Assembly (NCBI GenBank): GCA_039190745.1
Contig: JBCCXZ010000027.1
Span: forward strand, 1 to 45,017
DNA: 45,017 nt
Direction: 5' to 3'
Origin: Planctomycetota bacterium
GTDB taxonomy: Bacteria > Planctomycetota > Planctomycetia > Pirellulales > Lacipirellulaceae
The translations under genes were made by a program, and so were the position numbers. The notes beneath the pieces are model-generated. The model was given only the letters and a program-made list of their open reading frames with translations. It was not told where the DNA came from and did no database searches. Each line of letters starts with the position of its first letter. The first letter of the stretch is position 1. Below are positions 8,579 through 18,767 of the stretch, in pieces.

Positions 8579-11500
8579 TCACTCTTCCTTAAGCTGCTCC
8601 ATCAGGTCCGGCCACGTCAGGCTCGCCTGGCCCAGGCGGCCCGAGAGGCGGTCGATCGCCGGGAGGTGGTTGCGGCGGGAGCGGGCCTCGGCGACCTCGT
8701 CTTCCAGCGCGGCGAGCCAGTCGGGCAGGTCGAGCCCGGCGCCGCACGGCTCGCTCGCCAGCCCGGAGATTTCGTTTTCTAGCGCCTGGTAGGCGCGGAG
8801 CCGTTGGTCGGGGTCGTCGAACATCGCGGGGCCGACTAACGCCTTCACGCGGTCGATGACCAGCGGCCGGATGAAGCGTTCTTTCAGCCGGTCGGAAACG
8901 GTCGCGAGGCTCATGCCGTAGTCTGTGCTCAGTCTGGCGAGCTCGGCGAGGTGGCGGTCGGCGACGTCGTTGGTCCGCTCGCGGAAGGCTTGGCACCACA
9001 TTTCCGCGGCGACGCTCCGGCCTTGACGGACCAGGATCTCATGGGCCCAGACCACGGGCTTGAGGTTCCAGGCCACGCGGTCGTAGTTGCCGCGGAGGCG
9101 GAGGAAATCGACCAAGCAGTAGAGCCGCTCGCCGTGGTCGCTCTGCGTGGTGGTGGTGTTGTAGTCGCGGTAGACGCGGTAGTTTTCGACCACGCACTCG
9201 ATGGCGAGCTCGAGCATCTCGATCTCGGCGGTCCCCGCTTCGCCGGATTCGATGTCGGCCAGCAGCGAGAGGTTCTCCGCCGCGTCGGGGTCTTCGGCGA
9301 GGCTCTCGAGCCAGTGCTCGACGCCCTGGTGCATGATGCCGCGGAGGTTGCCGAGGCTGAGGAACCGCTGGTCGAACAGCTCGCCGCCGTAGCGCTTGAT
9401 GAAGGCGACGAAGGCCTGCCAGGCTTTCTCATCGCCGAGCGTCTCGACGATGCTCAGCCGGAGCGTCTTGCTGTGGTTGAGCCACCGGTTGAGTTCCTGC
9501 TCGGTGAGCTGTTGGAGTGCCTCGACCAGCATGTGGTCGGGCGGCAGCTCGGGGCCGTGGCCCTCGTGCCGCCATTGGTCGGCCGACGACACCATCGCCC
9601 GGACAACCGACTGGTAGCCGTTCTCGAACAGCCGGTCGAACTCGGTGACGGCCCCCTGGCCGACGGGGTTCTGCGTTTCGAGTTCCTGTGCCAGTTGGAG
9701 CAGGTCGCAGGTCTCGCGGATCAGCCCCAGCCGCGGCATCCAGCCGAGCAGGTCGTGCAGCAGCTGCTGCAGGCCTCGGGTGGCGACGATCTCGCGTGGC
9801 TTGCCGCCGCGGGAGTGGGGGATGTACAGCATCCGCTTCGGCGTGAGCCACGATACGAACCGCGGCCAGCACTCGCGGAAACCCGCCGCGTCGCCCGAGA
9901 GCACCTGCGTCAGCAGACAGATCGCCGGTTCCTCGGCCTCGGCCGCGCTCCCGGGGCGGGCGATGGCCCGCAGCAACCGGGCCGCGTCGAGCGTCTCGAC
10001 GCAGGTGGTAATAATGCGCTGGACGAGCGCCTCTTTAATCGTCCGGAGCCGGTCGAATTCGACCAGCGACTCGTGCGTCCCCGTCGGCGGCGTGAGCCGG
10101 TAGCGGTCGACCGTTTCGAGCAGGTCCAGCAGGTGCGACTCGTTTAGCGACGCCCGCCGGAGCCACTCGTCGAACACGCCGCCGCCCGCGGCGGAGTCGC
10201 CCTCAGTCCCGGCCGGCCCCCATGTGGTCGCGGCTTGCTTCCAGAGCCTGCCGACCGTGGTGAGGAACTCCAGCCTCAGCTCCAGCCGGTCGACCTCGGC
10301 CTCCCACTCCTCGTGCTGCGGGTCGTAGTAGTCGTCGCCGCCGGCGGTGTCGCCCTCGACGCCGTCGTCGGTGCTGTCGCGGTAGACCATTTCATCGTAG
10401 GCGGCCTCGAACAGGCCGGAGTCGTCGGCCGGCGGCGCCCCGGTGTCGCTGTCATCCCCGTCGCCGGGCCGGTCGTCCAGCGGCGGGGCTTCGGCGTCGC
10501 CCAGCTCGAAGACGGGCGCCTCCCAGTACTCCTCAGCGTTGGCTTCGAGGTGCGTGAAGAACCGCTCTACCTCCGGCCAGGCGTCTTGGCCGGTGTCGGC
10601 CTGTTTCTGCTCCACGCACGAGAGCCACTGGTGCGCCAAACGGTGGAACGAGCTGTCCCCCTCCTCCAGGGGAGTGCGGTCTTTCTGGCTGACCCACTGC
10701 ATCATCAACGCGCTCGAGGCCACGGTGTCCCCGTGGTCCAGCAGGCCCTCGATGACCAGCTGGAAACTTTTTGAAGAATCGAATTGGTCGACGAACATCC
10801 GCCAGAAGGCAATGTCGCCCGCGGCGGCGCCCGCCTTGTGCCAGGCGTTCAGGGCCCCGGCGACGAGGTTCGCCGAGACCTCCACTTCTTTGGCGACCAG
10901 CCGTTTGACGTTGTCGACCGAGGAGGTCGCGAACTGGTCCCACCACGCCGCGAGCCGGCCGAGGATTTCGGAGACGGCTTGCTCGGCCTCAGCGTTGTCG
11001 ATCGCCGCGGCTTCGCTGCGTCCGCGGGCGCAGAGGTCGAGCACCTGTTCGACCAGCTCGATGAGCTCGTCGACCCGCCAATCGTGCACGGTGTTCTCGA
11101 GCGCCGGAAAGAGGCTGAAGTTGCCGCCGAAACCGACGATGTTCCACGGGTCGACCAGGGCACCGCAGCGGATGGCCCGCATGAGCAGGTCTTCGATCTC
11201 GACAAGGTTCTCGACAACCCCGTCGGGGCGGTTGCTGTCGATCGCGTCGTGCCCTGCGGTGAGCCTGCAGTAGATCTCGCTGAGCATCCGCGCCGACGGC
11301 ACGCGGACGAGGTTCGCCTGGCGGACGGCGGCCTCGGGGTAGCCCATGCGGGCGAACAGCTGGGCGAGGTGGACGCGTTGCAGCTGGATCGCGCGGCGGC
11401 GGGCGAGCTCGTGGTTCAGGTGCTGGCGCGCCCCGCCGAAGGGCTGGTGGTGGCGGATCGCTTCGGCGCGGAGCGCGTCGCCGACCTCGCCGTCGGCGTC

Positions 11501-12502
11501 GCGGAGCAGCTGGTCGTAGAAGTCGTCTCGGTACGCGGCGATGTGCGGCAGGAGGGTCGCGAGGGTCGTCTCCGAGTCGTGCCGGTCGGGCCCGTCGCCG
11601 CAGGTGCCCGAGGCCATGAGCATCGTGCCGGCCAGCACCGCGGCCGCCTCGAAGCGGGCCTGCTCGGTGTCGAGTTCGTTGCAACGGGCGGTGAGCGCGT
11701 CGAGCGTGATCTGCTGAAGGACGAAGCGGGTGTAGTAGCCGTCCTTAGAAATCTGGTAGGGGTCCCACTGCCCGAAGTGGTAGTTCGGCCTGCGGTTGAC
11801 CGGGTGGTCGAAGTCGTAGGCCCGCGGGTCGAGCGCGATCTCTTCCAAGCGGTCTAACCCAAACCAAGCGCGGGCGAGGATGTCTTGGTCGGCTCGGCGG
11901 AGCACCTCCATCGCGCGGCCAACCAGTTCGGTGTAGGGCCCGACCGAGACGCCGACGCCCTGGAGGTAGAGCGGGATGGGACGGACGAACTCGTGGCTGT
12001 AGGCCTCGCCGCTGGCCCCCGATTCGAGCTGGGGGATCGGGCGGTAACCGATGTAGTCGTTCAGCCCTGCAACGGCTGCGGCCACGATGCGGTCGGCCTC
12101 ATCCCAGGGCGGCCCCTGCTGCAGGATGGCCTCGAAGACCTTGCCGACAAAAAGCGGCCGCCAGAGGTCGGACTCGCTTTGGTGGTACAGCAGGTCGGAG
12201 TGGAACGCCCAGTAGGCGGGAAGCGTGCGGTCGCGGGCCAATGCGAGCACTGCCCGGGCCTGGCGCGTGTCTCCAAAGGCCCCGCCTGCGGCTTCGAGCT
12301 CGCTGATCTTCGCCTCGATCCACGCCATGAGCACGCGCCAGCTGCTCTGCCGCGGGACGGTCTTCTCCAGCGAGCGGAACAGGCCGTTGACGTGGGCCAA
12401 GAATTTCGGGTCGGTCGAACCCGAAGAGAAGTTCAGGTACCCCACGACTTCGCTCAAGGCTTGCGCGTCTTGGGCGTCGTCGGGTGCGGGATCGAGAGTC
12501 AC
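8579..12502 (-). CDS. Large (~1307 aa) hypothetical protein
   Basis: Very long ORF with coding-like codon usage. Contains GYLNFSSG, DPRAYDFDHPVNRRPNYHFGQWDP and an acidic linker. GTG start at 12502 is inferred (the ORF track starts at 12721). Confidence 0.8.
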   Translation of the reverse strand: MTLDPAPDDAQDAQALSEVVGYLNFSSGSTDPKFLAHVNGLFRSLEKTVPRQSSWRVLMAWIEAKISELEAAGGAFGDTRQARAVLALARDRTLPAYWAFHSDLLYHQSESDLWRPLFVGKVFEAILQQGPPWDEADRIVAAAVAGLNDYIGYRPIPQLESGASGEAYSHEFVRPIPLYLQGVGVSVGPYTELVGRAMEVLRRADQDILARAWFGLDRLEEIALDPRAYDFDHPVNRRPNYHFGQWDPYQISKDGYYTRFVLQQITLDALTARCNELDTEQARFEAAAVLAGTMLMASGTCGDGPDRHDSETTLATLLPHIAAYRDDFYDQLLRDADGEVGDALRAEAIRHHQPFGGARQHLNHELARRRAIQLQRVHLAQLFARMGYPEAAVRQANLVRVPSARMLSEIYCRLTAGHDAIDSNRPDGVVENLVEIEDLLMRAIRCGALVDPWNIVGFGGNFSLFPALENTVHDWRVDELIELVEQVLDLCARGRSEAAAIDNAEAEQAVSEILGRLAAWWDQFATSSVDNVKRLVAKEVEVSANLVAGALNAWHKAGAAAGDIAFWRMFVDQFDSSKSFQLVIEGLLDHGDTVASSALMMQWVSQKDRTPLEEGDSSFHRLAHQWLSCVEQKQADTGQDAWPEVERFFTHLEANAEEYWEAPVFELGDAEAPPLDDRPGDGDDSDTGAPPADDSGLFEAAYDEMVYRDSTDDGVEGDTAGGDDYYDPQHEEWEAEVDRLELRLEFLTTVGRLWKQAATTWGPAGTEGDSAAGGGVFDEWLRRASLNESHLLDLLETVDRYRLTPPTGTHESLVEFDRLRTIKEALVQRIITTCVETLDAARLLRAIARPGSAAEAEEPAICLLTQVLSGDAAGFRECWPRFVSWLTPKRMLYIPHSRGGKPREIVATRGLQQLLHDLLGWMPRLGLIRETCDLLQLAQELETQNPVGQGAVTEFDRLFENGYQSVVRAMVSSADQWRHEGHGPELPPDHMLVEALQQLTEQELNRWLNHSKTLRLSIVETLGDEKAWQAFVAFIKRYGGELFDQRFLSLGNLRGIMHQGVEHWLESLAEDPDAAENLSLLADIESGEAGTAEIEMLELAIECVVENYRVYRDYNTTTTQSDHGERLYCLVDFLRLRGNYDRVAWNLKPVVWAHEILVRQGRSVAAEMWCQAFRERTNDVADRHLAELARLSTDYGMSLATVSDRLKERFIRPLVIDRVKALVGPAMFDDPDQRLRAYQALENEISGLASEPCGAGLDLPDWLAALEDEVAEARSRRNHLPAIDRLSGRLGQASLTWPDLMEQLKEE

Positions 12503-12724
12503 CGGTGCTCGCTCGGGGATCAGGCCGCGGCAGCGCCGGCGGTCCCGGCCCCGCCGCCGGGGATCGGCGCATCGTAAAGGACCCTGCGGGGGGAGGTCTA
12601 GGACCCCGGGCCCCGGCGCCACGCCTACAGGCCCTACAGGAGGCTTTTTTGGCGTCCGCAGTTTGGACTGATTACTATGGAGGTTTCGCGGCGAACCGCT
12701 CCAGATGGACAGAGGAATCAAACG

Positions 12725-14053
12725 ATGCGCACGCGTGCGACCCGCCGACCCGCCCGCCGGTTTCCGCTCCAGCTAGTGCTTGGTTCTTGGGCTTGCGTCT
12801 GCCTGGCGGCGACGGCCCCCACTGCGGCCGCGGAAGCGTACATCGAGCCGGAGGAAGCCGCGCGGCTTGGCCTCGAGGTTGGGTGGCGGACGCAGGCGGT
12901 GGTCGACGCCTACCAGCGTCGCATGGTCGATTGGCGGCTAGCGGGCGATCGTCTTTACGCGACGAGCTCCTCGGGCACGGTGACGGCGATCGACGCGGTG
13001 ACCGGAGCCGAGTTGTGGGTCTCCAACAACGGCCGCGCGAACCTGGTCACCAGCGGGGTCGGCACTAACGGCGACGTCGTCGCCATGGTCAACGGCTCGC
13101 GCCTGTATGTGCTCGACGCGGGCGACGGCCACGTCCGCTGGCAACGCGACCTGGACGGCATCCCTATCGGCGCCCCCGCAGTGACCGACAAGCAGGTGTT
13201 CGTCGCCCTCGTCACCGGGTTGGTCGAAGGGTACGACCTCGCGGCCCCTAGAGCGACGCCCTGGTTCTACCAGTCTTCCGGCAGCATCTACGCCGACGCC
13301 CAGCTGCTGGGCGGCGTCGTCGCCTGGCCGAACGACCTCGGAGCCGTGTACGTGGCCGACGCCGAGCAGGCACGGGTCAAGTTCCGCTTGGCGACCGACG
13401 GCGAGGTGCGGGCCGCGCCGTCCGGCCGCGACAACTACCTCTACATCGCCTCGACCGACCACAACGTGTACTGCATGGAGGAAGACCGCCGGCGCCTTGT
13501 CTGGGACTACGCAACGGGCTACCCGATCGAGGAGCGCCCCGCGGTGATCAACGACCGTGTGTATGTCGCCTCCCGCGAACCGCGCCTGCACGCCTTGCGG
13601 GCTAAGGACGCTAACCCGGTTTGGACCGCCGAGGGCGTCTCCAGGTTTGCGGCCGTTGGGGGCGAGTTTGTTTATGGGCTGACGAACGAGTCGCAGCTGG
13701 TCGCCCTGACGAAAGACGGCGGGGTTCCGGTCGCGGGCTTGCCGCTCGACCGCGAGCAGACGTGCCTGCCCAACGACAAGACCGACCGCTTGTACGTAGT
13801 GAACGAAGACGGCTACGTGCAGTGCCTACACCCGGCCGGGGCCTCGACCCCCACGTACTACGCCGAACAGCCGGTGGCCGCGGATGAGGAGGCCGTGCAG
13901 CCGTTCGTCGACGAGCCCGCGGACCGGCCCCAGGACGAACCCCTCGACCAGCCGGACGAGAACCCCTTCCGGGCCGACCAGGTTCCTGCCGACGAGCCGG
14001 ACGACGCCGGGGCCGAGGAGAACCCGTTCGGCACGTTCGATCCGTTCGAGTAG
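12725..14053 (+). CDS. PQQ-binding-like beta-propeller repeat protein (BamB-like)
   Basis: Signal peptide, repeats such as VTAIDAVTGAELW and LYVLDAGDGHVRW, and an acidic ENPF tail. AGAGGA RBS before ATG 12725. Confidence 0.82.
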   Translation: MRTRATRRPARRFPLQLVLGSWACVCLAATAPTAAAEAYIEPEEAARLGLEVGWRTQAVVDAYQRRMVDWRLAGDRLYATSSSGTVTAIDAVTGAELWVSNNGRANLVTSGVGTNGDVVAMVNGSRLYVLDAGDGHVRWQRDLDGIPIGAPAVTDKQVFVALVTGLVEGYDLAAPRATPWFYQSSGSIYADAQLLGGVVAWPNDLGAVYVADAEQARVKFRLATDGEVRAAPSGRDNYLYIASTDHNVYCMEEDRRRLVWDYATGYPIEERPAVINDRVYVASREPRLHALRAKDANPVWTAEGVSRFAAVGGEFVYGLTNESQLVALTKDGGVPVAGLPLDREQTCLPNDKTDRLYVVNEDGYVQCLHPAGASTPTYYAEQPVAADEEAVQPFVDEPADRPQDEPLDQPDENPFRADQVPADEPDDAGAEENPFGTFDPFE

Positions 14054-14066
14054 ACGGGCCGCTCGC

Positions 14067-15383
14067 TTAAAGGCTTTCTTGTCCGGTGGCCGCGAGCACG
14101 GCGGTCCAGAGCTCGCCTTCAGGCGAGAGCCGTTTTTTCATGCCGGTGGAGATGGCCAGCGGCACGTGCACCAGGTGGTTGTGCCACAGGCCGATCAACA
14201 GGTCGGTCTTGCCCGCCATGCCCGCGTGTACCGCGCTGCGGGCCAGTTCTTGGCAGTAGAAGCTGTCCGCGGCGGAAGCCGGCGCGCTGCGGATGTGGTA
14301 GCTGGGGTCGAAGTACTTCACGCCCACCGGGATCTGCCGTTCGGCGAAGTGCTCCCGGATGCGCTCCTTCAGCAGCGGGCCGATGTCGCCCAGGCGGCGG
14401 TTGCCGGAAGCGTCTGCTTCTTCGGGGTCGGTTTCCATCAGGTGCTGGCCGGCGCCCTCGGCGACGACAACCACGGCGTGCTCACGGGCGAGCAGCCGCC
14501 GCTCGAGTCGGGCGAGGAAGCCGTCGTCGCCTTCAAGGGTCAGCGGCACCTCGGGGATCAGCACAAAATTCGCCTCGCCGCTGGCGACCGCGGCCGCCGC
14601 GGCGATGAAGCCCGCCTCGCGGCCCATGAGCTTCACCAGGCCGACGCCGTTGAGCACGGCCTTGGCCTCGATGTGGGCCCGGTCGATCACTTTTTCCGCT
14701 TCGGCGACCGCCGTGTAGAAACCGAACGTGCGGAAACAGAACTTGATGTCGTTGTCGATGGTTTTCGGCACGCCTACCACGGCGATGTCGAGCCCCTGGC
14801 GGGCCGCCTCCGCTGCGATGGCGTGGGCGCCGCGCTGCGTGCCGTCGCCGCCGATGCAGAACAGGATGTTCACGCCTTGGGAGCGGAGGTACTCGGTCGT
14901 CACGGCCGGGTCTTGGTGGCCGCGAGAGGTGCCGAGGATCGTGCCGCCCATGTGGTGGATCGCTTCGACCGCTTCGAGCGACAGGTCGATCGGCGGCCGC
15001 GCCTGCTCCGGGTTCAGCCCACGGTAGCCGAACCGGATGCCGAGCACCTTGGGCACGCCGTAGTTCAGCCGCAGTTCGTGCACCAGGCTGCGGACGACGT
15101 TGTTGATGCCCGGGCAGAGCCCGCCGCAACTGACGACGGCGGCCTTTACCTGTGCGGGATCAAAATAAATCCGCTCCCGGGGCCCGGCCCTCTCGAGGCC
15201 AACCTGCGCCGGCTGCCCGCCGGCCGAGTAGCGGGGCTCGTACAGCACCCGCATGTCGTCGGGGACGAAGCAGCCGCGTCCCTGGCCGGGCGCGGTCGAA
15301 CGCCGCAGGGGCGATGCGTGCTGGGGCTCGCCGAGGCGGGGGACCTGGAGCTGCTCGTCGGTGAACTTCGGCGTCTCGACCAT
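14067..15383 (-). CDS. pfkA: ATP-dependent 6-phosphofructokinase
   Basis: CGGLCPGINNV, GGTILGTSRG, IGGDGT (Gly variant associated with ATP use), PKTIDND, KLMGR and VAEGAGQ. Confidence 0.9.
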   Translation of the reverse strand: MVETPKFTDEQLQVPRLGEPQHASPLRRSTAPGQGRGCFVPDDMRVLYEPRYSAGGQPAQVGLERAGPRERIYFDPAQVKAAVVSCGGLCPGINNVVRSLVHELRLNYGVPKVLGIRFGYRGLNPEQARPPIDLSLEAVEAIHHMGGTILGTSRGHQDPAVTTEYLRSQGVNILFCIGGDGTQRGAHAIAAEAARQGLDIAVVGVPKTIDNDIKFCFRTFGFYTAVAEAEKVIDRAHIEAKAVLNGVGLVKLMGREAGFIAAAAAVASGEANFVLIPEVPLTLEGDDGFLARLERRLLAREHAVVVVAEGAGQHLMETDPEEADASGNRRLGDIGPLLKERIREHFAERQIPVGVKYFDPSYHIRSAPASAADSFYCQELARSAVHAGMAGKTDLLIGLWHNHLVHVPLAISTGMKKRLSPEGELWTAVLAATGQESL

Positions 15384-15390
15384 GCCGCGT

Positions 15391-15396
15391 AGTGTA
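15391..15396 (-). promoter_or_regulatory. Putative -10 box (TACACT) 7 nt upstream of the pfk ATG; candidate leaderless promoter
   Basis: The minus strand reads TACACT-ACGCGGC-ATG with no Shine-Dalgarno. The same geometry occurs at 27064-27069 and 42189-42194. Confidence 0.4.
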
Positions 15397-15430
15397 CCGG
15401 ATGCCGCCGCCTCCGGCAGAGACCGGCCGG

Positions 15431-16432
15431 CTACAACCAGCCGTGCTCGCGGTACCAGGCCACCGTCTCGGCAAAGCGTTGCTCCAAGGGTGATGCCTGC
15501 GAGTAGCCGAGCCCGCGGAGCTTGGCGTCGCTGCAGACCCAGCCGGGGGCGACCGCCTCGCGGATCTTGTCGCGGTTCACAAGTCCGGGCCTGCCGGTGA
15601 TACGCCCCTTGAGCGTGCCGCCTCGCCCGGCCAGCCGAAAGAGGAACTTCGGCATCGGCAGAGCGACGACGCTCTTGCCGTAAGCCGCCGCCGCGAGCCG
15701 GCCCATCTCGCCGTAGCCGATGCTGCGTTCCGCGGCCGCGTAATAGACGCCCTGCCCAGGTGGACCGTCTTTGCGCAATCGCTCGCCACGCTCGGCAACC
15801 ATCTCGAACGCCGCGGCAAGATCGGCCGCGTGGATCAGAGACACTGGAAACCGGCGGTACCCGGGCAACGGGTGCAGCCGCAGGTTGCGGATGCCCTGGT
15901 ACATGGCGAGGCTTGCGCGGTCGGCGGGGCCGAAGATGATCGGCGGCCGCAAGATCGAGACGGCAAGCTTCTCGGCGAACTCCAATAGGGCTTCTTCCGC
16001 GGCGAGCTTGCTCCGGCCGTACTCGGAGACGGGTCGGGCCGGCTCGCTCTCCACACGCGGCCGGCCTTCTTCTGACGGCCCACCCGCGGCCATCGAACTG
16101 CAGAACACCAGGGTGGGCTTGGTCTGCCGATCGAGGCAGGCTTCGGCGACGGCTCGGGTTCCGTCGGCGTTGTCGCGGTGGAACTCTGCGTAGCGGATGC
16201 CCGAGGTGCGGCCGGCGAGGTGGAACACCACGTCCACCCCGTCGACTGCCTGCCGGATCGACCCAGGGTCATCAAGGGCGCCTACGGTTTGCTCGACGGG
16301 CAGTCCGTCGAGGTTCGCCGACGAAGAGGTCGCCCGGCGGAGGCAGCGGACAGACCACCCCGACTCGCAGAGCCGAGAGGCCAGATTGGAGCCGACAAAC
16401 CCCGTGGCGCCGGTAATCAAGCAGGAAGGCAT
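15431..16432 (-). CDS. NAD-dependent epimerase/dehydratase (extended SDR); candidate ceramide reductase
   Basis: LITGATGFVG Rossmann motif, VFHLAG and catalytic YGRSK. Start reassigned to MPSCLITG. Confidence 0.85.
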   Translation of the reverse strand: MPSCLITGATGFVGSNLASRLCESGWSVRCLRRATSSSANLDGLPVEQTVGALDDPGSIRQAVDGVDVVFHLAGRTSGIRYAEFHRDNADGTRAVAEACLDRQTKPTLVFCSSMAAGGPSEEGRPRVESEPARPVSEYGRSKLAAEEALLEFAEKLAVSILRPPIIFGPADRASLAMYQGIRNLRLHPLPGYRRFPVSLIHAADLAAAFEMVAERGERLRKDGPPGQGVYYAAAERSIGYGEMGRLAAAAYGKSVVALPMPKFLFRLAGRGGTLKGRITGRPGLVNRDKIREAVAPGWVCSDAKLRGLGYSQASPLEQRFAETVAWYREHGWL

Positions 16433-16609
16433 CGAACAGCTCAAGGGGAACGGCTCGGGCAGAACGGCAGTGAGTTTGCCAACGTGGGCCGCGTTTGCCA
16501 ATGCCTTGTTCTGGGAGGGCACGGCCTGCCGTCGTTGGTTGACCCCCTCTGCGCGGCCCGATTAGAGTGTGGCGGGTCGAACCCGTCCTCCTTCTCGATT
16601 GAGCCGCGG

Positions 16610-17797
16610 ATGCCGAGTATTGAGATCGTTCCCGTTGCCGGAGCTCGGCAAAAGAAGCAGTTCCTGAATCTGCCCTGGCAGATCTACGAGGGCGATCCCA
16701 GTTGGGTGCCGCCGCTTCGGATGACCCAGAGAGAGCTGGTGAACTTCAAGCGGCACGCGTTCTACGAGGACGCCGACTCGCAGGCCTTCCTGGCGCTGAA
16801 GGACGGCCGGCCCTGCGGCCGGGTGCTGGCCATCGAGAACCACGCTCATAACCGGTGGTACGAAGAGAAACGGGGCTTCCTCGGCTTCTTCGAGAGCGAG
16901 GACGACGGCGAAGTCGCCGGGCGGCTTTTCGATGCGGCCCGCGATTGGTTCCGGTCACGCGGCATCGAGGCGATCCGCGGGCCGATGAACCCCTCGCTCA
17001 ACTACGAGCTGGGTCTGTTGATCGAGGGGTTCGACGACCCGCCCTGGTTCATGATGACCTACAACAAGCCGTACTACGAACGGCTGTTCGACGAGTACGG
17101 CTTCCGCAAGGCCCAGGATATGTACGCCTTCTGGGGCCATGTGGACATGCTCGAAGAGGTCACAAGCCGGCTGGGCGCTTTCGGCAAGAGCGTCGTCGAG
17201 CGGTTCAATGTCCAGTGCCGGCCGCTGGACGTGAAGCGTTTCGACGAAGAGGTCAACCTGTTCTTGGAAATCTACAACCGGGCGCTGGTCTCGACGTGGG
17301 GCTTCGTCCCCATGTCCGAGAGCGAAGTGAAGAAGCAGGGCGAGGGCCTCCGCCGGCTCATCATCCCCGAGCTCACCATCATCGCGGAAGTCGACAACAA
17401 ACCGGTCGGCACGGTGTTCGGGCTGATGAACTACAACCCGCGGATCAAGAAAATCGACGGCCGGCTGTTCCCGTTTGGGTTCCTCAAACTGCTGAGCAAC
17501 CGCAAGACGATGCACCAGATGCGGCTGATCAGCACGAACGTGCTGCCGGAATTCCAGAGTTGGGGGATCGGCGTCGCGCTCGTGGCCGCGCTCCTGCCCA
17601 ATGCGCTGGCGTGGGGGGTCCAGGAGGCGGAATTCTCCTGGGTCCTGGAGAGCAACGACCTCTCGTACAAGACGCTCAAGAAGGGCGGCGCCAAGGTCAC
17701 CAAGAAATACCGCATCTACGACTACGGGCCGCCCGACACGACGGCCAACGCCCGCTTCATGCCGCCGCAGCCCGGTGCGGACGGCGAGGCCGGCTAG
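16610..17797 (+). CDS. YghO-type GNAT-fold acyltransferase; candidate bacterial ceramide synthase
   Basis: FLNLPWQIYEGDPSWVPPL, GFLGFFES, IRGPMNPSLNYELGLLIEGF, MMTYNKPYY, WGFVPM and EFSWVLESN follow the pattern of this ~390-aa family. Confidence 0.78.
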   Translation: MPSIEIVPVAGARQKKQFLNLPWQIYEGDPSWVPPLRMTQRELVNFKRHAFYEDADSQAFLALKDGRPCGRVLAIENHAHNRWYEEKRGFLGFFESEDDGEVAGRLFDAARDWFRSRGIEAIRGPMNPSLNYELGLLIEGFDDPPWFMMTYNKPYYERLFDEYGFRKAQDMYAFWGHVDMLEEVTSRLGAFGKSVVERFNVQCRPLDVKRFDEEVNLFLEIYNRALVSTWGFVPMSESEVKKQGEGLRRLIIPELTIIAEVDNKPVGTVFGLMNYNPRIKKIDGRLFPFGFLKLLSNRKTMHQMRLISTNVLPEFQSWGIGVALVAALLPNALAWGVQEAEFSWVLESNDLSYKTLKKGGAKVTKKYRIYDYGPPDTTANARFMPPQPGADGEAG

Positions 17798-17885
17798 AGC
17801 GCACAACACCGAAGCGTAGCGGCTTCTCCGTTGGAATAGTCGGCGAACACATCGCCGCCGACGTTATACGTATGTGCGACTCGCA

Positions 17886-18755
17886 CTAGCGACGCAGCAC
17901 GCCGTACTTGAAGATGCACCAGAAGGCGTTCAGCGCGTCCCGCACGCCGATCTTCTTGCCCTCGTCGTAGCCCCGGCATTGGTAGCTGATCGGGAGCTCG
18001 CGGATCAGAGTTCCACGGCGGGCGATCTTGGCGGTGATCTCCGGCTCGAACCCGAACCGGTTCTGCTCGATGTCCAGCGACTGGATCAGCTCGCGGCGGA
18101 AGACCTTGTAGCAGGTTTCCATGTCTGTGAGCTTCTGGCCGGTGGTGAGGTTCGACGCGGCGGTGAGCACCCGGTTGCCGAAGCGGTGCAGCCAGGACGG
18201 GTCCTGCTCGGCGTTCTCGAGGAACCGCGAGCCGTACACGACATCGGTCTGGTCGTCGAACGCGGCGAGCAGCTTCGGCACGTCGGCGGGGTCGTACTCC
18301 AGGTCGGCGTCTTGCACCATCACCAAGTCGCTGCTCGCGTGGGCGAACCCCGTCCGCAGCGCGGCGCCCTTGCCGCGGTTGTAGCCGTGCATCTCGACGC
18401 GGATGCCGGGCTCCTTGGCGAGCTCCAAGAGCAGCGTCCGTGTGCCGTCCATGCTGTAGTCGTCGACGATGATGATCTCGTCTGCGACGCCCGCGGCCTG
18501 CACGCGCCGGACGATGTCGACAATCGTCCGCCGCTCGTTGTAGACGGGGATCACTACCGAGAGCGACAGCTTCTGTGCAATCGACGCAACCGGGTCGGCC
18601 GCCGCGGCGTCGGCGACGGCTAGGGTTTGCTCGGCGTTGTCGACGGCCGTCTGCATCCGTTTGAGGTACTCCGAGTCGGTCACCGGCTGCAGCGGCACGG
18701 AGGGCGCCACCGGGGCCGCTGCGGAAGTCGTCGTGTCGGTCGTCATGGCGTTCAC
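17886..18755 (-). CDS. Glycosyltransferase family 2 (DPM1-like polyprenol-phosphate sugar synthase)
   Basis: SVVIPVYNE, IVDDYSMDGT, NRGKGAAL, VQDADLEYDP, VYGSRF, TDMETCYK and FGFEPEIT. Confidence 0.9.
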   Translation of the reverse strand: MNAMTTDTTTSAAAPVAPSVPLQPVTDSEYLKRMQTAVDNAEQTLAVADAAAADPVASIAQKLSLSVVIPVYNERRTIVDIVRRVQAAGVADEIIIVDDYSMDGTRTLLLELAKEPGIRVEMHGYNRGKGAALRTGFAHASSDLVMVQDADLEYDPADVPKLLAAFDDQTDVVYGSRFLENAEQDPSWLHRFGNRVLTAASNLTTGQKLTDMETCYKVFRRELIQSLDIEQNRFGFEPEITAKIARRGTLIRELPISYQCRGYDEGKKIGVRDALNAFWCIFKYGVLRR

Positions 18756-18767
18756 CGTACGCAGTTC

